A stretch of DNA of 64,000 nt from Thermoanaerobacter sp. A7A (GTDB lineage: Bacteria > Bacillota > Thermoanaerobacteria > Thermoanaerobacterales > Thermoanaerobacteraceae): the NCBI RefSeq assembly GCF_000445185.1, contig NZ_AVAF01000093.1, forward strand, positions 33,357 through 97,356. The letters are read 5' to 3'. Both the position numbers and the translations under genes were made by a program. Below the pieces are notes generated by a model. That model did no database searches. It saw only the letters and a list, made by a program, of their open reading frames with translations, and was not told the DNA's origin. Below are positions 19,183-29,453 of this stretch, in pieces. Within the stretch, counting starts at the first letter, position 1. Each line of letters starts with the position of its first letter.

Positions 19183-20400
19183 CTAATTTTTAATTTCTCG
19201 ACGCAGTATAAAAAATTCTTCTACAGGATACTTTACAGGAATTTTCACTATCATTTGAGGATGGGGAGCTACTTCAATCTCATTTCCTTCTTCATCCCAC
19301 ATTTTTTCAATTTGCTGCTCAAACTCTACTTTAGGACCCATAATCTCAATTTTATCTCCCACAAACATCCTGTTTCTTTGCTCTACAACAGCAATTTCTG
19401 TATTGGGGTCATATTCTTTTACAATTCCTACAAAATCATGAGTCCGTATATATTTTGAAGACTCATAATTTTGAGCGTCAGGACCTGGCTTGCCAAAATA
19501 AAACCCTGTGGTAAATCCTCTGTGACTTGCTTTAGAAACCTCTTCAAGAAGTTTTTTGTCAAAAACATAATCTTTTCCTTTTTCAAGGTAATCGTCAATC
19601 GCCTTTCTGTAAGCCCGTGTCACTACAGCAACATAGTAGGCACTTTTGTTTCTTCCCTCAATTTTAAAACTTGTAACTCCAGCCTCAACAAGTTCTGGAA
19701 TGTACTCTATCATGCATAGGTCTTTAGAATTCATAATATATGTGCCCCTTTCATCTTCGAAAATGGGCATATACTCTCCTGGCCTTTTTTCTTCTACAAG
19801 ATAATATTTCCACCGGCAAGGTTGTGCACATTCACCTTTATTAGAATCTCTTCCTGTAAGGTAATTGCTTAAAAGGCACCTTCCTGAGTAAGAAATGCAC
19901 ATAGCCCCGTGGACAAATGCCTCTAATTCTAAAGTTTTTGGTGTCTTCTCTCTTATCTCTTTTATCTCTTTTAAAGATAGTTCCCTTGCCAAAATTATTC
20001 TTTTTGCACCTAAATTATGCCAAAACAGAGCACTTTTATAATTCACATTATTTGCTTGCGTACTTATATGAACATCTACTTCAGGAGCTACTTCTTTTAC
20101 AATAGAAAAAATCCCTGGGTCAGAAAGAATAATAGCATCTATGCCAAGGTCAACGACTGATTTAATGTATTCAGGCAATCCTTCCAAATCCTCATTGTGG
20201 GGAAAGATATTTATAGTAATATATGCTTTTTTTCCACTTTTCCTCACATATTTTATTGCTTCTTTTATCTCTTCAAGAGTCAAACCAACAGAAGCCCTTA
20301 AACTATAGTGTTTCCCTCCAAAATATACCGCATCTGCTCCGTAATTTATAGCTATTTTTAATCTTTCCAAATCTCCAACTGGTGCCAAAAGCTCTAACAT
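19183..20400 (-). CDS. trhP: U32-family protein (TrhP-like tRNA hydroxylation protein)
   Basis: ELLAP, HGAMCISYSGRCLLS, GECAQPCRW, KIEGR; yrrM-yrrO context. Confidence 0.85.
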   Translation of the reverse strand: MLELLAPVGDLERLKIAINYGADAVYFGGKHYSLRASVGLTLEEIKEAIKYVRKSGKKAYITINIFPHNEDLEGLPEYIKSVVDLGIDAIILSDPGIFSIVKEVAPEVDVHISTQANNVNYKSALFWHNLGAKRIILARELSLKEIKEIREKTPKTLELEAFVHGAMCISYSGRCLLSNYLTGRDSNKGECAQPCRWKYYLVEEKRPGEYMPIFEDERGTYIMNSKDLCMIEYIPELVEAGVTSFKIEGRNKSAYYVAVVTRAYRKAIDDYLEKGKDYVFDKKLLEEVSKASHRGFTTGFYFGKPGPDAQNYESSKYIRTHDFVGIVKEYDPNTEIAVVEQRNRMFVGDKIEIMGPKVEFEQQIEKMWDEEGNEIEVAPHPQMIVKIPVKYPVEEFFILRREIKN

Positions 20401-20407
20401 GATTATT

Positions 20408-21046
20408 CTATTCCTCCTTAAAACTTAAAGCCAATCCGTCTCCTAAAGGCAAAATTACCGTGTACAAAGTTTTATCTTGATATAATATTTCTATAAATTC
20501 TCTCATTCTGTACACAATAGTTCTTCTCTTATGTTTTACATTTTTCTCATTTACAACATATCCCTTATACAAAATATTGTCCCACAAGATTACGCCCTCT
20601 TTGCTTAAAAGTCTTTTCAGTTCTTTGTAAAATTCTATATATTGCCCTTTCGCCGCATCTACAAAAATCAAATCGTACATCTTAGTTAAATTTGGAAGAA
20701 CTTGCTGTGCTTCTCCACAAATAAGCTCGATTCTATCTTCTACTTTTGCTTTCTTAAAATTTTCTTTAGCTATTTCAGCCAAATTTATATCCCTTTCAAT
20801 AGTGACTACACTAACTTCTGAATAAGCTTTTGCCATTATTATAGTAGAATAGCCAATAGCAGTACCTATCTCTAATATATTGTTAGGCTTTTTTAGCTTC
20901 ACAATAAAACTTAAAAAATCAGCAACTTCCGGTTTTGCAATAGGGATATAATTTTCGTAGGCATATTTCTCCATCTCATCTAAAGGATATCCAAATTTAT
21001 GAGCTATCCCTCTTATAAATTTCATATCATTTGGAGTTTTTTCCAT
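20408..21046 (-). CDS. trmR: O-methyltransferase (TrmR/YrrM-like)
   Basis: LEIGTAIGYS, DLIFVDAAKGQY, DN; between mltG and the U32 gene. Confidence 0.8.
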   Translation of the reverse strand: MEKTPNDMKFIRGIAHKFGYPLDEMEKYAYENYIPIAKPEVADFLSFIVKLKKPNNILEIGTAIGYSTIIMAKAYSEVSVVTIERDINLAEIAKENFKKAKVEDRIELICGEAQQVLPNLTKMYDLIFVDAAKGQYIEFYKELKRLLSKEGVILWDNILYKGYVVNEKNVKHKRRTIVYRMREFIEILYQDKTLYTVILPLGDGLALSFKEE

Positions 21047-21058
21047 AACTCAACCCTT

Positions 21059-22114
21059 TCATTTAGTATTATTATTTTCAATTGCTTCAATTTCTTTCTG
21101 AGCTTTTAAATGCTCTTCATAAGTTATACTAAAAATATGGGACCCATCTTTCTTTGCAACATAATAGTAAAAGTCATGCTTTGTTGGGAAAAGAGCTGCT
21201 TCAATCGATTTAAGTCCAGGATTACAAATGGGACCTATAGGAAGTCCATAGTGTTGGTAGGTATTGTAAGGGGAATCTACCTCCAAATCTTTGTACAAAA
21301 GCTTATCCTTGTGTTCCCCTAATGCGTATTGTACAGTAGCATCTATTTGTAGTTTCATATGTTTTTTCAAACGGTTGTATATAACACCTGCAATTAGAGG
21401 TCTGTCCTTATCTACCACAGCCTCTTTTTCTATCAGAGAAGCTATTATCACAATTTGATCTGGTGTCATTCCTACATATTTTGCATTATCCTTTATAGTA
21501 CTATTATAAACTTGTTGAAACCTTTTAAGCATAATATTTATTATTTCTTTTTCGCCAGCCTCTATAGGTATTTGATAAGTATCGGGAAAAAGATACCCTT
21601 CTAATCTACTTGGTCTATCTTTAGGTATGTCTTTTAAAAAATCGTAGTTAAAAGTATCTTTTTGTGCAACTTCTAAAAATTTATCTTTATTTACTAAGCC
21701 TAATTGCGATAACTTATTGGCTATATCCTTAACAGAATAACCTTCCGGAATTGTCACTTTTATTGTATCCTTTTGTGCTTTACCTGCAAATATTTTTTCT
21801 ATTATTTGATCAGTAGTCATGTTAGGGCTTAAAAGATATTTTCCTGCTTGTAATTTTCCATCAGCACCTAAAACTTTTGCTCTCCATATAAAAAACCACT
21901 CATTCTTAATTAAATTATTCTCCTTTAACACCTTAGCTATTTGCACGGTAGAATACCCTTTTGGAATATTTATAATCTTTTGAGGCACATCACTTTTTGT
22001 AGTTACTGGTTGAAAAAAGCTTTGATAGTATACAAAAGCAGAGAAAAACAAAAAAATTATAGTCGTTATTACCACAGCAAATCTACTTTTTCTTTTGTAT
22101 TCGACATTATTCAT
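21059..22114 (-). CDS. mltG: Endolytic transglycosylase MltG
   Basis: TIPEG, LEGYLFPDTY, ASLIEKEA, LQIDATV, SPYNTY..GLP.GPI.NPG. Confidence 0.96.
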   Translation of the reverse strand: MNNVEYKRKSRFAVVITTIIFLFFSAFVYYQSFFQPVTTKSDVPQKIINIPKGYSTVQIAKVLKENNLIKNEWFFIWRAKVLGADGKLQAGKYLLSPNMTTDQIIEKIFAGKAQKDTIKVTIPEGYSVKDIANKLSQLGLVNKDKFLEVAQKDTFNYDFLKDIPKDRPSRLEGYLFPDTYQIPIEAGEKEIINIMLKRFQQVYNSTIKDNAKYVGMTPDQIVIIASLIEKEAVVDKDRPLIAGVIYNRLKKHMKLQIDATVQYALGEHKDKLLYKDLEVDSPYNTYQHYGLPIGPICNPGLKSIEAALFPTKHDFYYYVAKKDGSHIFSITYEEHLKAQKEIEAIENNNTK

Positions 22115-22167
22115 TACATTTCTCTCCCTTGGGTAGGTATACCTAAATTATATAATTAATTAAAAAT

Positions 22168-22200
22168 AAAAACAAGTAAGCCTTCCGCTTACCTGTTTTT
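22168..22200 (-). terminator. Intrinsic terminator after queT
   Basis: AAAAACAGGTAAGC-GGAAG-GCTTACTTGTTTTT. Confidence 0.8.
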
Positions 22201-22669
22201 ATAAAGAATACTTATCTTTTAATCTTTTGTATACTGCAATCACTACATACCCAAATACACCTGTCACAATAGCTTCACTTAAAGCAATATACAAAACTAC
22301 AAGATAATAGGGCATTTTCGTGAAATAACTTACCCATATTGAAACAATAAGAGCATTTAATATTATAGGAGGCAATATACCTTTGTAAAAAGTTTTAGTC
22401 TTTGATGTAAGGTACGCAGCAAGTAATGTCACTAAACTTCCACCCAAAATATCGAGAAGTCCAAAGGGGCTTCCTATATTGGCTAATAAACATCCTATAA
22501 AAACCCCCCATATTGCTGCCGGCTCTACCATGGGTAATACAACTAAAGATTCAGATATTCTAAATTGAATAGGGCCATAAGAAACACTGCCCAAAAGAAT
22601 AGTAACAACAAAGTAAATGGCTGCAATGGCTCCTGCTTTTACAATGTACTTAGTATCTATTGTTTTCAT
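22199..22669 (-). CDS. queT: QueT-family transporter
   Basis: AAIY, SYGPIQFRISE, GCLLAN, D..GG; hydrophobic. Confidence 0.85.
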   Translation of the reverse strand: MKTIDTKYIVKAGAIAAIYFVVTILLGSVSYGPIQFRISESLVVLPMVEPAAIWGVFIGCLLANIGSPFGLLDILGGSLVTLLAAYLTSKTKTFYKGILPPIILNALIVSIWVSYFTKMPYYLVVLYIALSEAIVTGVFGYVVIAVYKRLKDKYSL

Positions 22670-22999
22670 CTACTTCATCTCCATTGGTTCCATGATTATT
22701 TTTAGTATATCATCCATTATCTTGCCAAGAGCGTATTCTAAAGACAAGTAAGAACTTATCTCAGGATTAAGATTCAATATCTCCCATAGCTTTTCTAACA
22801 CTTCTTTTTCTTTAGGATCCACTTTTTCACCCGACAACTCTTTAGCTTGAATCTCTAATTGCTTTTTTCTAAAATCCTCTAACATTTTCTTATTTTGCTC
22901 ATTTTCATTTATTTTTTGATACGCCCCTTTAAAAGCTTTGTATTCTGGCAACTGTCTTATAGCATTAGCCAGTTCATAAGCTTTGTCGTAGACGTTCAT
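22670..22999 (-). CDS. YlbF/YmcA-family regulator
   Basis: NVYDKAYELA..I..PEY, LNPEI..Y..E. Confidence 0.85.
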   Translation of the reverse strand: MNVYDKAYELANAIRQLPEYKAFKGAYQKINENEQNKKMLEDFRKKQLEIQAKELSGEKVDPKEKEVLEKLWEILNLNPEISSYLSLEYALGKIMDDILKIIMEPMEMK

Positions 23000-23016
23000 A
23001 TTTAAGCTCCTCCTGG

Positions 23017-24699
23017 TTAAATTTCCATTATGATTGGCAATATCATAGGATTTCTCTTAGTTTTTTCATATAAGAAACTGCTTAAATCATCTTTTATCAT
23101 TGATTTTATAGTAGCCCATTCGCTAATTCCCTCTTTCTTACACTTTGATAACACATCTCTGACAACATTTTTGGATTCCTCCATTAAATCCTCTGATTCT
23201 CTCACATATACAAATCCTCTGGAAATTATGTCGGGACCCGCTATAATTCCTCCCGTTTCTTTAGAAATAGTAACCACTACTACTAACAAACCATCTTGAG
23301 CCAAATGTTTTCTATCTCTTAAAACAATATTTCCTACGTCTCCAACACCCAAGCCATCTACTAACACTTTCCCTGCTGTTACTGTTCCTGCAATTCTTCC
23401 AGAATTTTTTGTAAACTCTAATACTGTCCCATTATCTACTACAAAGATATTTTGTGGAGGCATTCCTAAAGTCTCTGCAAGCTTAGCATGCTGAACTAAA
23501 TGTCTGTATTCTCCATGAACAGGAATGAAAAATTTAGGTTTTATTAATGTATGAAGTAGCTTAATCTCTTCTTGACAGGCGTGACCCGATACGTGAATAT
23601 CTGCCAATGCTTCATAAATTACATTGGCACCTTTTTTAAATAATTGGTTGATGACGCGAGAAATAAGTTTTTCATTTCCCGGAATAGCAGAAGCAGAAAT
23701 TATCACTGTATCTCCCGGTACAATCTCTACTTTTTTATGCTCAGAAGAAGCCATTCTGGTAAGAGCTGACATAGGTTCCCCTTGGCTGCCTGTCGTTATA
23801 ATGACAACTTTATCATGAGGCAATTTATTGGCTTCATCAATATCAATCAAAAGGCCATCAGGAACAATTAAATAGCCTAATTCCATCGCTACATTAACTA
23901 CATTTAACATGCTTCTGCCTGAAATAGCAACCTTTCTTCCATACTTGTGCGCAGAATCTATAATTTGTTGAACTCTGTGGATATTAGAAGCAAAAGTTGC
24001 CACTATGATTCGTTGTTCTGCTTTTCTAAATATACTGTCAAAAGTCTCTCCCACTGTCCTTTCTGACATGGTATAACCCGGTCTTTCAATATTGGTACTA
24101 TCACATAGCATTACTAGTACCCCTTTTTCCCCTAACTGGGCAAAGCGGTGTAAGTCTGGTATTTCTCCCCCTATAGGGGTAAAGTCTACTTTGAAATCCC
24201 CCGAGTGGAAAACCGTCCCAACAGGAGTATGAATAGCTAAAGCCGCAGAATCTGCAATGCTATGAGAGGTTCTTATAAACTCCACTTTAAACTGACCAAT
24301 TTCGACAATCTCTCTTGGCTTCACCGTTATCAATTTACTATCTTTTAAAATACCATGCTCTTTTAACTTATATTCTACTAAACCTATAGTCAGACGAGTC
24401 CCATATACAGGAACATTAAGTTGCTTTAAGACATATGGTAAAGCTCCAATATGGTCTTCATGACCATGTGTTAAAACAATTGCCTTAACCTTTTCCCTAT
24501 TTTTCAATAAATAAGTAATGTCGGGAATGACCAAATCTATTCCCAACATTTCATCATCTGGAAAAGCGAGACCGCAATCCACAACTATTATGTCGTTTCC
24601 GAATTCAAAAACAGTCATGTTTTTGCCGATCTCATTTAACCCGCCCAAAGGAATGATTTTAAGTTTTGCCTTGTGTGCCAAATACTTATCTCCTTTCAT
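23017..24699 (-). CDS. rnj: Ribonuclease J (probable TTG start 24681)
   Basis: PLGGLNEIGKNM, THGHEDHIG, HVSGH, PVHGEYR, RNPMILPII. Confidence 0.97.
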   Translation of the reverse strand: MKGDKYLAHKAKLKIIPLGGLNEIGKNMTVFEFGNDIIVVDCGLAFPDDEMLGIDLVIPDITYLLKNREKVKAIVLTHGHEDHIGALPYVLKQLNVPVYGTRLTIGLVEYKLKEHGILKDSKLITVKPREIVEIGQFKVEFIRTSHSIADSAALAIHTPVGTVFHSGDFKVDFTPIGGEIPDLHRFAQLGEKGVLVMLCDSTNIERPGYTMSERTVGETFDSIFRKAEQRIIVATFASNIHRVQQIIDSAHKYGRKVAISGRSMLNVVNVAMELGYLIVPDGLLIDIDEANKLPHDKVVIITTGSQGEPMSALTRMASSEHKKVEIVPGDTVIISASAIPGNEKLISRVINQLFKKGANVIYEALADIHVSGHACQEEIKLLHTLIKPKFFIPVHGEYRHLVQHAKLAETLGMPPQNIFVVDNGTVLEFTKNSGRIAGTVTAGKVLVDGLGVGDVGNIVLRDRKHLAQDGLLVVVVTISKETGGIIAGPDIISRGFVYVRESEDLMEESKNVVRDVLSKCKKEGISEWATIKSMIKDDLSSFLYEKTKRNPMILPIIMEI

Positions 24700-24777
24700 T
24701 AGATATTTTTAGCTTTAATTTTATTTTCCCCCAAAAACCCAAAAAAACTTACCCGTACCTTACACCAGTTAATATAA

Positions 24778-24806
24778 ATTATACTTTATTTGAAAAAATA
24801 CTTCAA
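24778..24806 (-). promoter_or_regulatory. SigA promoter for rnj
   Basis: TTGAAG-N17-TATAAT. Confidence 0.7.
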
Positions 24807-24858
24807 CCCTATTAATGTAAATTATTTCTTAAACAAAATCCAAAATCTCACTATAAGT

Positions 24859-25299
24859 TTAATTATACCTGCTCCTACATTTGCTACAATAACCAAAAAA
24901 TTTCACATTATGATCTATTATTTCAAAATCTTTAGTCTCTTCTATTGCCTCTTCTAAATTCTCCAAAAGGTCTCCTTCCATTTCTATAACTGCTCCGCAT
25001 TTTAAACAAATCAAATGATGATGCTGATGGTTTTCATTATGATATAGCTCGTATCTATTTCGACCATCGTCAAAATTTAATTTATAGACAATACCTAATT
25101 CCTCAAATAACTGAAGGGTCCTATAAACTGTAGCAAGCCCTATTTCAGGATATTTTAGCCTTACAAGGTCATATATTTCCTCAGAGGAAAGATGTTTATC
25201 CCTATTTTCCATAATGACGTCCAATATCACACGCCTTTGAGTTGTCAACTTATATCCCTTATCTTTTAATTTTTCTTTAAATTTTTCAATTTCATTCAT
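24859..25299 (-). CDS. fur: Fur-family transcriptional regulator
   Basis: GYKLT.QR, IGLATVYRTL, HHHLICLKCG, GYCSKC. Confidence 0.9.
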   Translation of the reverse strand: MNEIEKFKEKLKDKGYKLTTQRRVILDVIMENRDKHLSSEEIYDLVRLKYPEIGLATVYRTLQLFEELGIVYKLNFDDGRNRYELYHNENHQHHHLICLKCGAVIEMEGDLLENLEEAIEETKDFEIIDHNVKFFGYCSKCRSRYN

Positions 25300-25332
25300 C
25301 TAAATCACCGCCAAATAATATCAACTAATATT

Positions 25333-25361
25333 AGTTTATGATATTCATTTTCAATTGTCAA
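25333..25361 (-). promoter_or_regulatory. fur promoter with a Fur box in the spacer
   Basis: TTGACA-N17-TAAACT; spacer holds TGAAAATGAATATCA (13/15 to TGATAATNATTATCA). Confidence 0.75.
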
Positions 25362-25472
25362 ATATTTTTTTTCGATTTTTTAGTAAATATCAAATTTTAT
25401 AGTGGACAGAGATATTTCAATTGAGAATCCAATTTCCATTTTACATAGAAATTAAATTTTGTGGGTATATAA

Positions 25473-25505
25473 AATTAAGATATACCAAAACGGTATATCT
25501 TAATT
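25473..25505. terminator. 14-bp hairpin after the DUF1292 gene
   Basis: aattaagatatacc-aaaac-ggtatatcttaatt. Confidence 0.75.
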
Positions 25506-25525
25506 AATTTCATTCTAATTTTAAT

Positions 25526-25813
25526 TTACTCTTCATCGTCAAAATCTTCATCATCATAATATTCTTCATACTCTTCCATCAGCTCATTGTATGCTTCGAC
25601 AGCATCATTGAACTCATCTTCGTCTTCAATCCCTACAAAAATATCATTGCCATTTTCATCTTGTTCCACTCTCAGGATGTAAGCATCTTCTCCATCACCA
25701 TCGACAGGGACCACAACTGCATACCTGGTATCATCAAGGTCAAATGATGCTACAAGTTCGAAGTCTACTTCATGGCCGTGCTCGTCGATTAGCTGAATGA
25801 TTTCTGGTTCCAT
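25526..25813 (-). CDS. DUF1292 (YrzB-like) acidic protein
   Basis: I.L.DE.G.E..F, Y.V..P, acidic tail; follows yqgF; own TTGACA-N17-TACAAT promoter at 25849-25877. Confidence 0.88.
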   Translation of the reverse strand: MEPEIIQLIDEHGHEVDFELVASFDLDDTRYAVVVPVDGDGEDAYILRVEQDENGNDIFVGIEDEDEFNDAVEAYNELMEEYEEYYDDEDFDDEE

Positions 25814-25896
25814 ACTATTTCACCTCAATTCTACTTCAAGATAATGTAATTGTATAACATACCAAAAAGACTGTCAAGTTTTTAATAAAAATTTAT

Positions 25897-26316
25897 TTAT
25901 TTATTTTTTTGTGAATCTAAGTAGTTCTGAAGTATAAGAACTGCAGCCAGCTTATCAATTACTTCTTTTCTCTTTGCCCTACTTATATCAGCTTTTTCTA
26001 TTAAAACCCTTTGTGCTTCTACTGTAGTAAGCCTTTCATCCCACAAGATTATTGGTATATTAATAGCTTCCTTTAAGTGTTCAACAAATCTCATAACTTT
26101 TTGTCCCTGTGGCCCCAAAGTACCATTCAAATTCTTAGGCAATCCTACAATTATCATTCCCACTTCATATTCATTTATTATTTGTTTTATTCTCTCAAAA
26201 TCTTTTTTGTTACTACTTCTTTTAATAGTAGTAAGTCCCTGTGCAATTGTGCCTGATAAGTCACTTATAGCTACCCCGATTGTTTTATCCCCCACATCTA
26301 AACCCATAATCCTCAA
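25897..26316 (-). CDS. ruvX: YqgF/RuvX nuclease
   Basis: [34 protein letters not shown]. Confidence 0.95.
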   Translation of the reverse strand: MRIMGLDVGDKTIGVAISDLSGTIAQGLTTIKRSSNKKDFERIKQIINEYEVGMIIVGLPKNLNGTLGPQGQKVMRFVEHLKEAINIPIILWDERLTTVEAQRVLIEKADISRAKRKEVIDKLAAVLILQNYLDSQKNK

Positions 26317-26335
26317 AGAAACCTCTCCATTCTAA

Positions 26336-26362
26336 AATTGCCTCACACAAAGTGAGGCAATT
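26336..26362. terminator. Hairpin between ireB and yqgF
   Basis: aattgcctcac-acaaa-gtgaggcaatt. Confidence 0.65.
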
Positions 26363-26371
26363 TCATTTTTC

Positions 26372-26629
26372 TTATTTTTGGGAAGACAAATACTCTCTCA
26401 AAAGTTCTTCTACTAATTCATCTCTTTCAATTTTTCTTATCAAATTTCTCGCATTTTTATGGCTGGTTATATAAGTAGGGTCCCCAGACAATATATAACC
26501 TACTATTTGATTAATTGGATTATAACCTTTTTCAGAAAGTGCTTCATACACTGCTGTCAATATCTCTTTAACAGTTTTTCTATCAGTTGTAACGTGATAC
26601 CTCAGAGTCTGCTCGTTTTTATCTACCAT
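26372..26629 (-). CDS. IreB/ReoM-family phosphoprotein (UPF0297)
   Basis: [27 protein letters not shown]. Confidence 0.93.
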   Translation of the reverse strand: MVDKNEQTLRYHVTTDRKTVKEILTAVYEALSEKGYNPINQIVGYILSGDPTYITSHKNARNLIRKIERDELVEELLREYLSSQK

Positions 26630-26706
26630 AATATATCACCTCTAGATACATTTAACTACCATCAACTTTATAATAACCTATATTTACTTGGCTAGTCAAG
26701 CTTTTC

Positions 26707-29340
26707 TCAATTTTTTAACTGTTCTTTTACAATATCTATCGCTTTGTTTAACGCTTCATCTACCTTAGATAGATTTTTGCCTGTTCCTTGAGCCATGTCT
26801 GGTCTTCCACCGCCATTTCCTTCAGATACTTTGCACACCTCTTTAATAATAGCTCCCATGTTTATCCCTTTTTGAACAACATCTTTAGTAGCCATACCGA
26901 CAAATATAGCTTTTTCTGGGGTAGAAGATGCTAATACTACTGCAGCAATTTTTAATTTATCTTTTAAAATATCTCCTAATGCCTTCAAAGCCTCACTATC
27001 ATAATCTTCAACCTTTGAAACCACTACTTTTATACCATCTAATGAAATAGCAGAATTGATTAAACTATCAGCCAAAATAGAAGCCATTTTTATTTTTAAT
27101 TGTTCTATCTCTTTATCTTTTGTCTTTAAAACTTGCTGCAAACTCTCAATTTTTGAAATTATCTCTTTATCTTGGACTTTTAATAAATCAGAAGCCTCTT
27201 TTAATATTTCTTCTTTCTCTCCTAAATATTTTATTGCAGCAAGTCCTGTTAAAGCTTCAATTCTTCTTAAACCTGCACCAACTGCACTTTCAGATACAAT
27301 CTTAAAAATCCCTATTTCGTTAGTATTTTTAACATGAGTTCCACCGCAAAGTTCCATGCTGTAATCATCAATTTTTACAACCCTTACTTTATCCCCATAC
27401 TTTTCTGTAAATAACGCAACAGCCCCTTCTTTCACTGCCTCATCATAAGTTTTTTCTTCAATATGCACATTTAAACTTTGGTATATCTTTTCATTAACCC
27501 TATTTTCTATTTGCTTTAGCTCTTCTTTAGTCACAGCTTGATAATGTGAAAAATCAAATCTTAATCGATCATCAGCCACAAGAGAACCAGCTTGATGAAC
27601 ATGGTCGCCTAAAATCTCCTTTAGGGCTTTATGAAGAAGATGAGTTACAGTGTGGTTTCTTGCAGCATTCCTTCGACTTACCACATCAATTTGAGCTTTT
27701 ACTTCATCTCCTACTGAAATTAAACCTCTTTCAATTGTTCCAGTGTGTATAAACTTATCTCCTATTTTTTTACAGTCATTTACTTTTATCAAAGCATTTT
27801 CATTCTCTAGAACTCCCTTGTCTCCTATCTGCCCACCACTTTCAGCATAGAAAGGAGTAACATCTAATATGATACTCACATCATCTCCAGCTTCTGCTTC
27901 CTCAACAAGCTCTTCATCTTTTACAATAGCTAAAACTTTTGAATCGCTTTCATAAGTATCATATCCCACAAATTTTGTTTTAATATCTCCTAAAGTAGAA
28001 TATATGTCTTGTTCCCACAAACTATTATCTTCTTTTCTGCTGCTTCTCGCTCTTATCCTTTGTTTCTCCAACTCCTTTGTATATCCTTCTTCATCAACAG
28101 TAATGCCAGCTTCTTGCAAAATTTCTTTTGTTAAATCCAATGGGAACCCATAGGTATCGTATAGTTTAAAAGCTTTAGAACCTTCTAATACGGTTTTTCC
28201 TTGTACTTTTAGTTCGCTTATATAATCTTGTAAAATTGTAAGTCCTTGGTCTATTGTCTCCTTAAATCTTTCTTCTTCCAGTTTGATTATTCGCTTTATA
28301 TAGTCCTTTCTCTCAATTATTTCAGGATATGCCTCTCCATAATTTTCTATGACTGAATCAACCACTTTATACAAGAAGGTATCGTTTATCCCCAGCAATT
28401 TACCGTGCCTTGCAGCCCTTCTTAAAAGCCTTCTCAAAACATAGCCTCTTCCTTCATTAGAAGGCAGAATTCCATCTGATATCATGAAAGTTATCCCTCT
28501 TATATGGTCAGTGATAACTCTCAAAGACACATCTTTTTCTGCATCTTTTCCATATTCTACTTCCGCAATCTTAGACACAAAATTAGTAATGCCTCTTATT
28601 ACGTCTACATCAAATATGCTGTCGACTCCCTGCATTATTGTGGCTATCCTCTCAAGTCCCATGCCTGTATCAATATTTGGATTTGGCAACCTGTGATAAT
28701 TTCCTCGTTCGTCTTTATTAAACTGGGTAAAAACTAAATTCCAGAATTCAATAAACCTATCGCAATCACAGCCAACTCCACAAGTAGGCTTCCCACAGCC
28801 TTTTTCTTCACCTCTGTCAAAATAAATCTCTGAAGAGGGGCCACAAGGTCCTGTGCCAATCTCCCAGAAATTATCTTCTTTCCCCATCCTCACAATTCTT
28901 TCAGGAGGTAACCCAACTATTTTATTCCAAATCTCAAATGCTTCATCGTCTTCCTCATAAATTGATACCCATAACCTGTCAACTGGCAATCCCAAAACTT
29001 CTGTGACAAATTCCCATGCCCATGGAATAGCTTCTTTTTTAAAATAATCACCAAAAGAAAAGTTACCTAGCATTTCAAAAAAGGTACCGTGACGTGCTGT
29101 TTTACCCACTCTTTCAATATCCGGTGTCCTTATACATCTTTGGCAAGTAGTTACTCGTTTGCTGGGGGGAGTTTCTTTTCCTGTAAAATAGGGTTTTAAA
29201 GGAGCCATTCCAGAATTAATTAACAATAAGCTTTTATCATTCTTAGGAATTAGAGAAAAACTTGGTAGTCTCAGGTGCCCTTTGCTTTCAAAAAAGCTTA
29301 AAAATTTTTCTCTAATTTCGTTCATCCCGAGTTTTTCCAT
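26707..29340 (-). CDS. alaS: Alanine--tRNA ligase
   Basis: [48 protein letters not shown]. Confidence 0.98.
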   Translation of the reverse strand: MEKLGMNEIREKFLSFFESKGHLRLPSFSLIPKNDKSLLLINSGMAPLKPYFTGKETPPSKRVTTCQRCIRTPDIERVGKTARHGTFFEMLGNFSFGDYFKKEAIPWAWEFVTEVLGLPVDRLWVSIYEEDDEAFEIWNKIVGLPPERIVRMGKEDNFWEIGTGPCGPSSEIYFDRGEEKGCGKPTCGVGCDCDRFIEFWNLVFTQFNKDERGNYHRLPNPNIDTGMGLERIATIMQGVDSIFDVDVIRGITNFVSKIAEVEYGKDAEKDVSLRVITDHIRGITFMISDGILPSNEGRGYVLRRLLRRAARHGKLLGINDTFLYKVVDSVIENYGEAYPEIIERKDYIKRIIKLEEERFKETIDQGLTILQDYISELKVQGKTVLEGSKAFKLYDTYGFPLDLTKEILQEAGITVDEEGYTKELEKQRIRARSSRKEDNSLWEQDIYSTLGDIKTKFVGYDTYESDSKVLAIVKDEELVEEAEAGDDVSIILDVTPFYAESGGQIGDKGVLENENALIKVNDCKKIGDKFIHTGTIERGLISVGDEVKAQIDVVSRRNAARNHTVTHLLHKALKEILGDHVHQAGSLVADDRLRFDFSHYQAVTKEELKQIENRVNEKIYQSLNVHIEEKTYDEAVKEGAVALFTEKYGDKVRVVKIDDYSMELCGGTHVKNTNEIGIFKIVSESAVGAGLRRIEALTGLAAIKYLGEKEEILKEASDLLKVQDKEIISKIESLQQVLKTKDKEIEQLKIKMASILADSLINSAISLDGIKVVVSKVEDYDSEALKALGDILKDKLKIAAVVLASSTPEKAIFVGMATKDVVQKGINMGAIIKEVCKVSEGNGGGRPDMAQGTGKNLSKVDEALNKAIDIVKEQLKN

Positions 29341-29361
29341 AAAAATCCTCCTTTTTGATAC

Positions 29362-29390
29362 AATAAAAACCGTCCCAAATTTGGGGACGG
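29362..29390 (-). terminator. Terminator in the short alaS leader
   Basis: CCGTCCC-CAAATTT-GGGACGG-TTTTTATT. Confidence 0.75.
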
Positions 29391-29416
29391 GCTTTTACCC
29401 GCTCTTTTTTGAGTAT

Positions 29417-29445
29417 ATTATACAAGATTGAATATAACAAGTCAA
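29417..29445 (-). promoter_or_regulatory. SigA promoter for alaS
   Basis: TTGACT-N17-TATAAT. Confidence 0.85.
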
Positions 29446-29453
29446 TAACTGGT

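Noticed and set aside
22134-22157. Short palindromes upstream of mltG (taggtataccta)
   Set aside because: AT-rich context makes chance occurrence likely, and no regulator can be assigned
22660-22700. preQ1 riboswitch before queT
   Set aside because: The queT ATG directly abuts the ylbF stop, leaving no leader
25421-25438. Second Fur box upstream of fur
   Set aside because: Only one half-site (TGAGAAT) fits; spacing and the other half are poor
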